Part shown: positions 28,332 through 40,651 of the stretch, in pieces
How positions within the stretch are numbered: position 1 is the stretch's first letter
Layout of the letters: each line of letters opens with the position of its first letter
Source of the DNA: Paramecium tetraurelia
Lineage: Eukaryota
Length of the DNA: 50,118 nt
Reading direction: 5' to 3'
Assembly: GCA_000165425.1 (NCBI GenBank)
Contig: CT867986.1
Coordinates: forward strand, 635,399-685,516
The notes under the pieces: generated by a model
Database searches by the model: none
Told to the model about the DNA's origin: nothing
The model's input: the letters and a program-made list of their open reading frames with translations, nothing else
Translations under genes and position numbers: made by a program

Positions 28332-29111
28332 TCAAGAACTCAATATTAAACTGGTCATTGAAAATGAAGCCATTACTACTTCATCATTGAAGAAAGTCAC
28401 TTTATCAGCACTTTCTTGGAGTCCTAAAATGTAGAGCAAAGGAAGATAATGTTCTGGCGTTGGACTTGCTCTTAATCCATGTTCTAATTTTTTGTAGTTA
28501 ATTAATTTATCATGTTCTTTTTTTAGAATCATGTCTTTGACTTACAAATTGAATTAGGCAGCCCAAGGTCTAGGCTTTGCTGTATCTGTCCATTCCATTT
28601 CCTTGAAACTATGTATGATGTTTCCACTTCCTATTATCAGGACACCTTCCTTCCTCAATGGTGCCAATTTCTTTCCAATATTATAATGTTCTTGTTCTGA
28701 CAATCTAGTACTCAGACTTAACTAAATCACAGGAATATCTTAATCAGGGTATATTTACTACAGTATTGTCCAGGATCCGTGATCTAATCCCCAAGAGTTG
28801 TCAATTTTAGCATCTGGGATTAATTAGAGGATTCTTTCACATAATTTCAAATTTCCAGGAGGGGTATACTGTTACTCATACAATTTTTTAGGGAATCCTC
28901 CAAAGTCATGGATGGTTTTTTGTATTTTATTACCTGTTACTTTTACTCCATCGGTCTCCCAATGAGCTGATACAGCAAGGATGGAATTTGGTTTAGGCAA
29001 GGTCTTTGCAAGTTCTTTCCACTTGAGAGTGAACGCGTTTATTTCTATGCCATTCATTGGGGATCCATGGCCAAAGAATATAACAGGCAAAGTTAACACT
29101 GTTTGAAACAT
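28332..29111 (-). CDS. ygiD: 4,5-DOPA extradiol dioxygenase / LigB-family ring-cleavage dioxygenase (YgiD-like), 259 aa, intronless
   Basis: FFGHGSPMN, AVSAHW, TIHDFGGFP, WGLDHGSW, IGSGNIIH, PTPEHYLPLLYILG, SMTS. The 780-nt ORF is continuous in table 6. Confidence 0.95.
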
Positions 29112-29132
29112 TCGAAATTCTGAAATTAATTT

Positions 29133-30761
29133 ATGATTAAATTTGTGTTATCTATATCCAAATATACCATTTCAAATCAATTAAAAGCGATTTAGCAGTT
29201 GAAAATAAATAAAGAGAAATTCCAACCATTAGAATTGAGAAGTCAGTTATGGAATTTGATTTAAAATCTAACAGATCAGGATAGTTCATAATTCATCGAT
29301 ATTTATAAAGAGTTCGATTATGATTATAGAGATATTGCCGAATTTTATAACAAAAATCATATAGCGCATGATCTTATCATTAGTAAACACAAGAAAAATG
29401 AACCAAAAGTAATAATCGATTCAGCATATTAACATTTATTGTTATTAAATCCGACCCTATAATTTGTAGCAGATTTTGATTATGAAAATTTACAACAATA
29501 CTTGAATGAAGATGGGTTGAGGAATATCTTATCAGAAACTTAAAGTGACACATTGAAAAGAGCATATCCTAAAATTATTGAAAATACTTTTTATGGATTA
29601 TATTTACAAGCCATTAATAGAGGATAGGATTAAATCAAATTAGTAGAGATTTTGAAGAAATTGGAATCAATATTGCTTGATGAATAAAATCCAAATGAAT
29701 TGATATGGAAAACTTACCTCTTTAGTAATCTATAAAGCGGAAATGAAAAAGTCATAAATTATTTTGCATTCGTTATGCAAAATGTAGAAGAGCTGACTTA
29801 AAAAGAGTTGATCGTCTACTCATAGATTGTATTTCTATTTTCATTAAAATTTGGAAATCATAGAACTGTGTCGATATTATTCAGAAAGTTATTTGTATTC
29901 TTGACCAAGTTGAAAGATTAACTATCATTATAAGATAGATTATTCTTTTTAAAAAAGACTTAAAACGAATTGGATATCCCAAATAAATAAGAATTATTTT
30001 GTAAATAAATTTATGAGCAAATTCGAGATATTTCAATTTAACATTATCCAGTAACTTTGAAAGGACTCTGTAACTTTTATTGGGTAGAAATAAAGATAGA
30101 AGAAGAAGAAGATTTTGTATGATTATTATATTAATATTAGATTGAAAAAAATATGGAGCAATTCACAAAACAAATAGAAATAATTGATTTGTTGTTTGGT
30201 TTAATCTATGGCAACTCATAAAATATACAATTGATTAAGAATCTTTTTGCAAAATTGTAAAATTTAATGGAAAAATCAAGCACTCTAGAAAAATGCTATT
30301 ATTATCAAATTATATATATTCTTGAAAATAGCTACAATCTTACACTAAATGTTGAAAACAAAGAGGAACTTAGATCGATTTATTTTAATGCCACAAACCT
30401 AAAAAGTTCGGCTGAATTCAGTTAGGCAAATTTTGATATGGATGAAATACTATAGTCAATCCAACAAGAATTAAATAGTTAGAAAAGACCTGATTGGCGT
30501 ATCATCAAAATAAAGAAGCAAGCTGGTGTACAAATTTATCAAGTCGACTTCATTGTTGAATTAGAGGGTATTTATAGGAAGAGATTAATTTATCTTGATT
30601 TTATTTAGAGACAATCGTACATAGATGAAACAAATTTAATCGGAAAATAAAGAATTAGACAAAATATATTTAAAACAGAAGAAATTACTTATATAGATTT
30701 TAAAACATGGTACAAATAACAGGATAAGGTTGCCTATGTTAAGTAATTACTAGGGTTGTGA
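29133..30761 (+). CDS. Helical-repeat protein with C-terminal RAP-like domain, probably mitochondrial RNA-binding (542 aa, apparently intronless)
   Basis: 1629 nt from ATG to TGA, in frame. The C-terminus YQVDFIV...IYLDF...LIGKQRIRQNIF...ITYIDFKTWYKQQDKVAYVKQLL matches the RAP domain pattern. The N-terminus is basic and hydroxylated. Confidence 0.7.
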
Positions 30762-30807
30762 TTTAATTTATACAAATTATTATAATTTTAATAATAATAA
30801 CTATATA

Positions 30808-33467
30808 ATGAGCAAATACCAGCCCCCAACGAAGAAAAAAGTAACTAAACAAACTGTTCCCCAGCAATCCAAGAAGCAAGAATAATAACAGGAATAAATG
30901 TATATAGAGACTATACTCGATCCAACATAAGAAGCAATAATTAGTTTAATCTAAGAGTATCTAGTTAGATACTAATTGCTTAACACTTTAGATACATTAT
31001 CGAAAGAATTGGCTTCTGGATAAATGGGAGCTGAGACTTATCATCTGGATTCTGAACTACTTGAAGTATGTTACATTTCAAATTAATTAGTATTTTGATA
31101 AAGGATAATATGAAATGTTTTTCATGTTATGGAACAAATATCTTCCTTATAATTTAAGAATGAAGGACGATGACGCTAAGAAATTGGAGTTTTACATCTA
31201 AATCTATTTCTTAATCTATGAAATACATCCTAAAACTGGTAAAAAAGGAGGCATAATTGGCAAGGCTGCACTTCATTATTTTAAGACATACCTCGATACT
31301 AAAGGCTAAGAGTATGAAATTCTTGTTTAATTTAGGCTATCCAAAACCACAGAATTTCTTCCATATTATGCTCTTCCATATGTACAAAGGCCACAAGAAC
31401 ACTAAACTTACAAGCATTTGTTTTCAGGTCAATGGATTCTGGAGACGAAAGGGAAACTTGTTAAATTAACAAACGAGTTATTAAATAGAGAGTAATTAAC
31501 AGTAATGGAACAGATGTATCAAAACTTTACAGATGAACCTAAGAAAGTGGTACTATAATAGATCTAATGATAGAATTTAACATCATCTAATCAAAATTAC
31601 ACAACTTAATTGGGGATGAACAATTAAGAATTGTTGGCTGTTATATAGGATTATAATTTGAAATATAATTAAATGTAAAAGAAATTTAAAGATTATATTG
31701 AACAAAGCAAGTAAACTATGATAGAGGCTCAATAAAAATGGTATCAATTAAACAAGGAGGTTACAGATATTGCTAATTAATTAAATAAAATGCTAGAAGA
31801 GAGTAGAAAGGGAAAATAGGTTCCATAAGATCAATTGGATGAACAATTAAAGAAATTAGCTAAATTGTCTCAGTTTTTCAGTACGTCAGTGGAAGAGATA
31901 ATTAGTTAGAGTTAAGATATCTCTATGTATGATAAAGCAAGCATTTTTGAAAATGATCTGAGCATAAGTCCCATACCATAACATTCCTAATAATAACACT
32001 TTAATTTTAATTAACCTTAAATTCCTTATGTGTAATTAAATTATTCAAAAATCAAGTCAGTATTCTAAGATGGTTCAAGTGACCCTGGATTTATTTGTAG
32101 AATTTTGTAAGCCTTAAGATTTAGAATTACAACAGCAAAGGGTGCTAGAGTTAGAAGAGAAATCTTAATCTAATATGCTTAATTTGATATTTTGGGATGT
32201 ATTCCAGGGAATACAGCAGTGTTGTAAAGGTTGTTAGTTGATGCCCCTAATTCTGTTAAGGAATACACACTACGTTTAACTAATGCAATGGCTAGTGATT
32301 ATTAAGGAAGAAGCTATTTGATGGCATCATTTACATTAATAAAAACATTGATTGACATATTAAAAAAAGAAAAGGATGACTCATTAGTCAGAAGAAATGC
32401 CTTGGGAGCTCTTCAAAAGCTATCTTTAAGAAGAAAGCCTTAAGTTGTTATGATTGAAAATGATGTAATAAAGTGGATCGTGAAAACTTTGGAAAATGAA
32501 AAGGAGTCCTTAAGTGAATACTCATATGAATATGCAACAGCATTATTTATGAATCTCAGTATGAGAGATTAGGGAAAGTAGAAATGTGTAGAATTTAAGA
32601 GGGATGTTCTTAAAGTATTAAATGAACTATTAGAACATGACAATATGTAAGTTAGGACCTTTGTAAATGGTACTTTATACTCTTTGTTTTCCATTTCTTA
32701 AATGAGGGAGCAAGCCCAAGCTTTAGGAATGAAAGAAAGATTGGTACTTTTGATGTAGAATTCTGATGACCGATTCATTAAATAGATTTAATATATTTTA
32801 GAATAAATTAACAAAGTAGGTCCAGATGAGTTAGAGCCAGATGAAGATAATGATGTAGATGACATAGATGATATTGATGATAGTGAAGACACAATAGAGG
32901 AAGAAGATGCTGAAGATGCTTTAAAGGCTAAGGATGGAGAATTGGTTGGAGAAGAATTACTTAATGCTCATTTTAGTTTATCTCACTAAGAGGCAATTTA
33001 AGTTTATATTTATTAATATTCGCATAGTAAAATACAATGACCAGATCCATTATTATGCAGGAGAACTAAAATAAAAAAGCTATGACACCAAAGAGTTCTT
33101 AATAATAACCGTTTAGACCAACCACTCCTGTCATTTCTGCAAGTTAATTACAAAAATCTTAATTGCCATCTGAAATGAAACCTCGACCCAAACTTGCCAG
33201 AACACCAGTCGGATAGGATAGACCTGCAGTTAATTTTGAACAGACTGAATAGCAATTCTAGTAATAATAATAAAGTATGAAATCTTCTTAACAAAACAAT
33301 AATTCTCAGCAAAGATAACCCTTGCCAGAGATTAAACCAGCAATTGAAGCACCATTAGAATAACCAAGTTACGAAAGAAATGATGAAGTAATTCTTATTA
33401 ATATGGATAGTATAAAAATGCCTTTTAACATAAACCTAAAATTCCCAGAACACCACCCTAAAAATGA
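30808..33467 (+). CDS. ARMC9: LisH domain and armadillo-repeat protein ARMC9 (ciliary)
   Basis: LisH motif IISLIQEYLVRYQLLNTLDTL, KKLEFYIQIYFLIY, EFLPYYALPYV, LQALRFRIT, LTNAMASDYQGRSYL, LGALQKLSLRR, EYATALFMNLS, TFVNGTLYSL. Confidence 0.92.
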
Positions 33468-33622
33468 TATATTATGTTAATATATAAAATGTTTATAAAG
33501 TCAGAATAGCAGATCGATATAATCATGTACAAATATTAATTACAATTTTCATCATCAAATCATTGTTATTAATAAATTATATAATCAAAAACTTATATCT
33601 ATCATTATATTATGGGTAATTA

Positions 33623-35050
33623 ATGATTAAATTAATAACTAAGGCTGATTAATTTGGAGCTGTTTATCGTCCAACCTTCAATTCTAAAGATGCCTACTAA
33701 ACTTTCTTTGGCGGATTGATTACAATAACCCTCTACAGTCTATGCATCTCCTACATGGTTTATATGTTCATATAATGGGGAACTCATCAAATATTACCAA
33801 GAAGTTCATTGTCAGAAGAAGTAAAAGAAAACCTTTATATGGAATTTGACTATGATCTAGTTCAAATTAAACTTTCGAATGATGCTGATCCTTTCTCAAA
33901 GGTTAACAACATTCTGGTTCCATAATTTTATGTCCTAACTAATTAAGTTAAGTCAGATCCAGTTGTTGTATTTCCTAATGCTGATGGTTGGGTTATACCT
34001 AAAAATTATAAATTCAAATTAAGTCCAACTGAAAATCTTGACGCTTAACTGTAATTTATAGCATGTTCTTCAGAATATATAATTGAAGGTATGACTTGTG
34101 CAAGTGATCAAGAAATAAGCGATTTCTTTAATTCTAAAACCACTATTTCAGTTGTTATTTACGTAACCAAATTTAATGTGAAAACTGAAGAATTTTATAG
34201 GATACCTAAAAAATTAGAATTTATTATTTAAAAGGAATAAACTATATTTAATAAATATTCTGTCAAAACATCTTATGCTTATATCGATAATGGTGTTGTA
34301 TTCCCAGAAAATAACCAATATTAATTTATAAGTGATTATACATTAGCTACTCAATCACTCTAATTGAATACTCAACAATAAATATACAAAAAAAGCATTT
34401 ATGCACAATTCACTTTTTCATTAGATAATATCCAACAAATTAACTACATTACTTATGCACATTTAGATGAGGTGTTAGCTTCAATTGGTTCAATTTGGTC
34501 AATTATCTTAATATTATCCTATTGCGCTGTGTTATTTAATGAATTTAATCAATCAGAATATCTGTATAGAAAAATTATTTCGTTCTATTATCCTTAATTT
34601 AGATTTTTATAAATCAGGTAAAATTTCATTGGGAAAATAACTAAAGTAACTGGATATGGACAATCGTATGATCCTATAGAATTTACAAAATATTATGAGA
34701 AATTAAAACAGGATGCCGCTTAAAAGATGAAAGTCAAAAACATTTTATATGAGATCTCTAGGATATAATTTATACTTCAATCTATACAAGAGCGGAATCT
34801 AATTGTTAATAGTCATAATGTTGGCATCAAATTGAAGTTATTAGATAAAGATTCATCAGAATTCCCTAATATATTACCTCATGAAAACCAGTTGAATGAT
34901 AATGACTTTATGCTACTATCAAAACAAAAATTAAATAGCAAAACCGATCCAGGAAAAAATAAGTTTTATCAACTAAATGTAATGAATCATGCCAGAATTG
35001 AAACTACATAAGTTAATACAAGTTAAGATAAATTTACATTAATTACATGA
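33623..35050 (+). CDS. Two-transmembrane protein of a ciliate-expanded family with a large extracytoplasmic loop (475 aa, intronless)
   Basis: KADQFGAVY...YQTFFGGLITITLYSLCISYMVYMF (TM1) and YAHLDEVLASIGSIWSIILILSYCAVLFN (TM2). The ORF is 1428 nt. Confidence 0.85.
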
Positions 35051-35094
35051 ATTTATGTGTTTTTAATAAATATAAAAATAAAATCAATGAATAT

Positions 35095-36572
35095 TCAATT
35101 GCTTTATATTAGTTTTGAAGATCCTCCAGTCCTATTATGTGTTAAAATGGGGAAATCTCCATAGCGCTTATTCCTTGGTTAGTAAATATATTATGAATGA
35201 CCCTCTGGATTTCTATTGCTACTCTAAGAATATGACTATGCTGCATTGGCCAAATTTTCTTAAACCTAAATCTTGTCTATAGATTTTCTATCTTATGGAG
35301 ATCTACAAATTGGACAAATCTTTTATAAATAAATTAACTTACTAAATTTTATTTCATCCATTTATCAAAACATTTATAATGATAAACATGCATGCAGTAT
35401 GTGACTCTAACAAATTGTTCATATTTAAAAGAATCTAAACAAATCTAACATTCAATTTAATCCTTTATTTAAGGGGATTTTCTTAAAAGACTCTAATATT
35501 CGACAGCAGGAATTAAGTGAGTCCAGTCAAAAGAACTCTCAAATATCTTTAAGTTCTTAGAAAGATTTCCAATATTGTTGGCATTATTTGTTTATTATGT
35601 TTTCTCGAGTCTGAGTCTGTAACATTTAAAAATGCAAATCACAAAGCAGCATAAGCAAATAGCCCCAGTTGATACTACAGTTATGATAATAGTTTTGAAA
35701 TGGTCTACCTCTTCCTTTTAGTAGTATTGAATGTATAAAAAACCGACTGAATATTATTAGACTATAATATAATGCTGAGCCTTGGAAGATGATGTACTAG
35801 CCAATTGACATTTCATAATTTCTTCCGCAGATATTTTTATACTAGCTGATTCCTCAACTTCGGCTTTTCTTAAATAAGGATTTTCCATAAAACATTAATG
35901 ACTAACCTTTCCTGAGTTTTTAAATTCTAAAGAGAAGTCAGAACTTCCAATCTTCATTACATCAAGATAATAAAATTTATCTTTTTCTAGATAATCCTAT
36001 ATCAAAATATCAAATCCTTGATACTCACAATCATAACCGAAATACCCTTCAAGACAAATGCAAGTATGTTAAATACAGTATCCATTGTTCTTGCATAAAC
36101 TCTGATTAAAATAAATAATACCTTAAGCAATCATCTTGCAATTTTGAGTTTATTGATATGTTTATAGAATCACTATATTTTGAAAATATGCCGACATAAA
36201 GACTTACACTTTTTGAAAATTTGGTATTAGTAGAGTATGAATTATAGTTCTTTTCAGAATCTCTTATCAACATTAATTTTTACGAGGTTTCAGTAAATTC
36301 GAAAGCATTCCAATCACATATGCATTAAAAACTTCATATAATTAAGAATACTTTTAATCAACATAGATCTCAGTTAAACTTGTAAAGTTTGGTGTTGTTT
36401 CACAAATCATTAAAATGCTTACTTATTTTTCGCTAAAGTTTGCTTCAAATACTACATTATCATAATTATTATTGAGTATGTTTAATTATTGAAGTCCAAA
36501 GGTGCCTTATTAAATCCATTTTTCTGTGCATATTCCAAAATGGATTATTAATAAAAGAAGGTTATAGCTCAT
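35095..36572 (-). CDS. Type I membrane protein with signal peptide, EGF-like domain, TM helix and cytosolic RING-H2 (putative E3 ligase)
   Basis: MSYNLLLLIIHFGIC; CKNNGYCIQHTCICLEGYFGYDCE; IITVVSTGAICLCCFVICIF; CQICLDSF...TYCMHVYHYKCFDKWMKQNLICPICR. Confidence 0.88.
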
Positions 36573-36758
36573 TTTTGAGAATATTATGTTAAGATTTTAT
36601 AAACTAATTTTCATTAATTTTACAAGAACAAATTATCAAAATAGCTTAAAAGCAAAGAAGACACAATTTGAAACACATAATATAGAAATAATTTATATAT
36701 ACATATGATTTTATAGTTTTACAAAAGAACATTCTTTCTATATGATAAACAATTTTAA

Positions 36759-38729
36759 TCAAATAAGCAAAATTGTCATCTAATTTATTATGCCTTCTTA
36801 TGTTCCAAATAACCCAGATATGCTAATAATATAATCTCCTTGTTTAATCCATCCTTTCTATTTAAAATTTTCCAATATTCTAGGAGTTAATCTTAAATTT
36901 AATTGATTTTTCTTACTATTCAATTCCAACTAAGCTTCCAACCAAAAATGGAATCACACCATTTACTATATTGAGATTTCTTGCAATTGTTTTCTTTGCT
37001 GTTACTGCAACTATAGGACAAGGAGCATGCAATTTTGATAAACTTAAGGCTGTTTCTCCTGTAGTAAACAGTAATATCAGTTTCACACGCAGACTAATTA
37101 AATTCAATAATACCTGTAGGCATTCTCAATTGCATTTTAAGCTATAATGGAAGCTATGGGATTCTCTTAAATTTTAATTTAAAATAATCCCTGATATTAC
37201 AATCTGGTGTGCATTTCTATATTTGTGCTAATTCTCGCTAAAGCTTACACAACCTTAATAGGGTGATTTCCATAAGTAGTTTCTCCAGATAACATAATAC
37301 CATCAATATGTTATTCGACCACATCTGCAATATCTCCCATTTCGGCAAATGTAGGATTTGTCTAAGTAAGCATTGATTCCAAAATTTATGTTGAAATTAA
37401 AACCTAATTAATTAAAATACTACTGGTTTAACAAGTTTTCTGCAGTTTAATATCATATCGTGTTACATTTATACAACGTCCTCAATTTATGCCCAAGTTG
37501 CCAAATAAGCTCTAGCAATTATACAACCATCTGCAATTTCCATTATTTTATCAAAATTATTTATCCCTTCCTATGTTGTTATTCTAACAAAGATCTGAAT
37601 ATTGGTTGAAGAACCCAACAAGTGTTTTAACTATTTATAAGATATTAGAAAACTTCATGCACTTCTTCAGGTCTACTTACATTTGACAATGTAATAGAAT
37701 CAAAATCTAATCTTTTTGCTATTGTGAAATCATTTATGTCTTTAGAAGTAATCTAGGTTTCAATCTCTTCATCAGAATCATCCGACTGTTTTATAATCTA
37801 TTTTTATTCTTTAGACCTATTTGTAATAAATAATGGTTTAAATGGTCTCATTAAACCTTGAATTAGAGCATATTTTTACAATTTTATTCGATTTCACAAA
37901 TGAAAACTATTAAACTTTTTGTAGCAAGCTTTTGCTTTTTATTTTAAATGATTTAATCAATATATTTTTGTTTTTTGGATTACAATTGTGTTGACGAAGC
38001 TCCTCTTGAATTTTCACTGGATAAAGAACTTTTAGACTACAATTTACTTTTTTCGGATTTATCTTACTCAAATATACTATTTTTAAACATGGCTTCTGTG
38101 GGGTACAAATCTGGATATTTTTCCATTAAAATCTATTTAGCCCTTTTTAATTCCTTTATAATTTTACTCCTAATCTGTTTCTAAAGCTTTGATATTTAAC
38201 ACGATTTAGCCATAATCAATGAATATTTGATCTCCAACCTTTGCTTAAGTAAAAAGTTCATCTTAATCTACGCAAATGATGTTTTCATCACCAATCACTT
38301 TATTGTCTTAAGTAATTCTTATGATATTTCCTTTCTATTCTCTAAGAATAATGACTATACCTTTAGGTATATTTCTGGCTATCTTAAATGACCTATTCTA
38401 GTTATCTTTCCTTAAAGCATCATATTAATTGGGATTGTATGATCTAGTTCTTACTCCAATTAGTCTCTGATCATTTTTAATTTCTCATATTATCTTCTGT
38501 CATGAGTGTAAGCTGTGTTTATACTAATATAATTATGTCTAATAAGAACAAACCTGAGTGCATTAGCTCCTGCTTTTAACATTTCTCTTATTATATCGAT
38601 CTCACATGTTTTTTCATTTATAGAGCAGACTATTTTCGTTCTTCTTTAATGATGTGGTTCATGTTATTCATCCTTTAAGATATTTTCCCTGGATCGAATT
38701 GGCGTTAAATTAGAAAGCCTTGAATTCAT
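36759..38729 (-). CDS. Pyruvate kinase-like protein with substituted catalytic residues (probable pseudoenzyme)
   Basis: RRTKIVCSI, GDQIFIDYG, ADGCIIARAYLA, KPVLISTQILESM, PTFAEMGDIAD, DGIMLSGETTYGNHP, FTTGETALSLSK. The frame is intact across multiple tiny introns. Confidence 0.9.
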
Positions 38730-38742
38730 TAAAATAAATATT

Positions 38743-38790
38743 ATATTATGGATTAAAAGGGAGATGATATTATGGATTAAAAGGGAGATG
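38743..38790 (+). repeat. Perfect 24-nt tandem duplication spanning the PEX19 start codon
   Basis: atattatggattaaaagggagatg occurs at 38743-38766 and again at 38767-38790. Confidence 0.95.
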
Positions 38791-39492
38791 ATCTTCTGGA
38801 TGATATTGCTGATGCCCTTGATGGAGAGCACAAGCTTAACCTAACAGCTGATCAAAATGATGATGAAGGGTAATTAAAACTATATCAGGGAGATGAGGCA
38901 ATAAATAAGGAAGCCGTAAATTTTCTAAATTCTTTAAAGGGGGGAGAAGGCTAAAATGTAAGAAACCGATTAATTGGCTCAAACAGTTTCAAGGGATGAG
39001 TGGGAAATATTCCTAGAAGGAATCAATCTCGACCACAACTACGTAGCTTCAAATAATTTATTAATAGGGAATAATAAAAGGCATTTTAAGACACCTTCGA
39101 AAAACTCGAATAAGCTCCATAATTTGATGAATTAGCTGATAAAATGTTATTGTAATTTATGGATAAAGAAGTTTTGGAGCAACCGATGAAAGAAACTTAT
39201 GAAGCTTATAGCAAATTTATTTAAGTATTAATGATTAATTTCTAAGGAAAATAAAAATAAATTGAGTGAAGAAGAATTATTGAAATACAAGAAATAAAAA
39301 GACTGTGTGGAGAAAATAATTGATCAATTAAATAATAATCCTAACGACAAGGAAAAATTAATTTAATTATTTGAAAACATGTAGGCTGAAGGAGATCCTC
39401 CTTAAGAAGTATTTGGAGGAAATGAAAATCCGTTAAACTTTTTGAATGCACCAACTGATGGAGCCTAAGGTGAACCATGCAGTATATTTTGA
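38748..39492 (+). CDS. PEX19: Peroxisomal biogenesis factor 19
   Basis: N-terminal DDLLDDIADALD Pex3-binding-like motif; MLLQFMDKEVLEQPMKE, LSEEELLKYKKQ, FENMQAEGDPPQE; C-terminal CaaX CSIF*. Confidence 0.88.
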
Positions 39493-39871
39493 ATACCATA
39501 CAGATATTATTAATAAAAAATTTAATACGATTTTATCCTATTGTATATTAGTTATTCTCTAATGCCTTTTATCTATTATTTAAATCTTATTATTTATAAA
39601 CAGCATAATTAGAAGAGAGTGTGTTTAAGTAAGGATGCTGTAAAATATATTATTTATATTTTAATAATTCATAAAATTTATGAATTAAGCACGTTATTTT
39701 TTTCTCCCTAATTTAACTGAATTAAATAATAAAAAATAAATAGCACTTTGAAAATGGAGACGTCATAGCAATTGGATTTTATAATTCATAAGCATAATGG
39801 ATGAAGCATAAATGCTATTTATATTGAGAATTAAATGAATTGTTATTAGATTATTTTATTTAATTTATTTT

Positions 39872-40651
39872 ATGTTTGAAGGCACAAGATTACAATACAT
39901 TGTCCCTGGATATACTGGACATATTCCAAAAGGTTTTTTTGAACAATAAGTTGGGTACTACTAAGAAGAAAAACCATAAAATCATATACCAGGTTATTAG
40001 AGATAATTATTCTTATATTAGGCTATGCTGGTGAAATAAAATCAATGAAAGCTGAAAATTTGTTTGCTTAAACCTATGGCAAAATTACCTACTCAATTTA
40101 ACATGATGACTACTACAAGGGATAAGATGTGCCACCTGAATCAAGATATAAATCATAACTAAAAGACACTTATCAAAATTAGAATAAAGTATAGTTGAGA
40201 ACAGCAGCTGAAATTGTAGGAGTGAAGCCCAAGCCTATCGAATACAAGATTGTAATATCCTTTCTTAATTCAATATTAGCCTTAAACTGAAACTGCTAAG
40301 ACTTTTTTCAAAGTAGACCAGCAAGGAAATCCATAATTGAGAGAATCTTTAGAAAATTGGAAGAGTGAATATGAATAACATTCTGAAACAATTGATCAAG
40401 CAACACACAAGTTTTATGGTGATCCTGGACAAAAAGTGCCAAGTAAATTATATGTCAATATGATAGTACCACTTGGAACTCCATTACCTGGATATACTGG
40501 GATGCAAAAAAGAGTAGTAGCGGCAAATATTTTCGGTTAAACATTTGCAAATGCTCGTAAAACAGCATTATAGGATGATGCTAAAATTAAGGATGAAAAA
40601 ATGAATACATTCAAACAATAGGCTTCATTTATACCAGCTTTAAAAAGATGA
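39872..40651 (+). CDS. FAM166/CIMIP2-like (PGY-G repeat) ciliary microtubule inner protein
   Basis: IVPGYTGHIP, HIPGYAGEI..MKAENLFAQTYGKIT, PLPGYTGMQKRVVAANIFGQTF. Three tiny introns. Confidence 0.8.

Noticed and set aside
28332..29111. Bacterial contaminant or chimeric contig
   Set aside because: The gene uses TAA/TAG as Gln, has host-like AT content and is tightly flanked by host genes.
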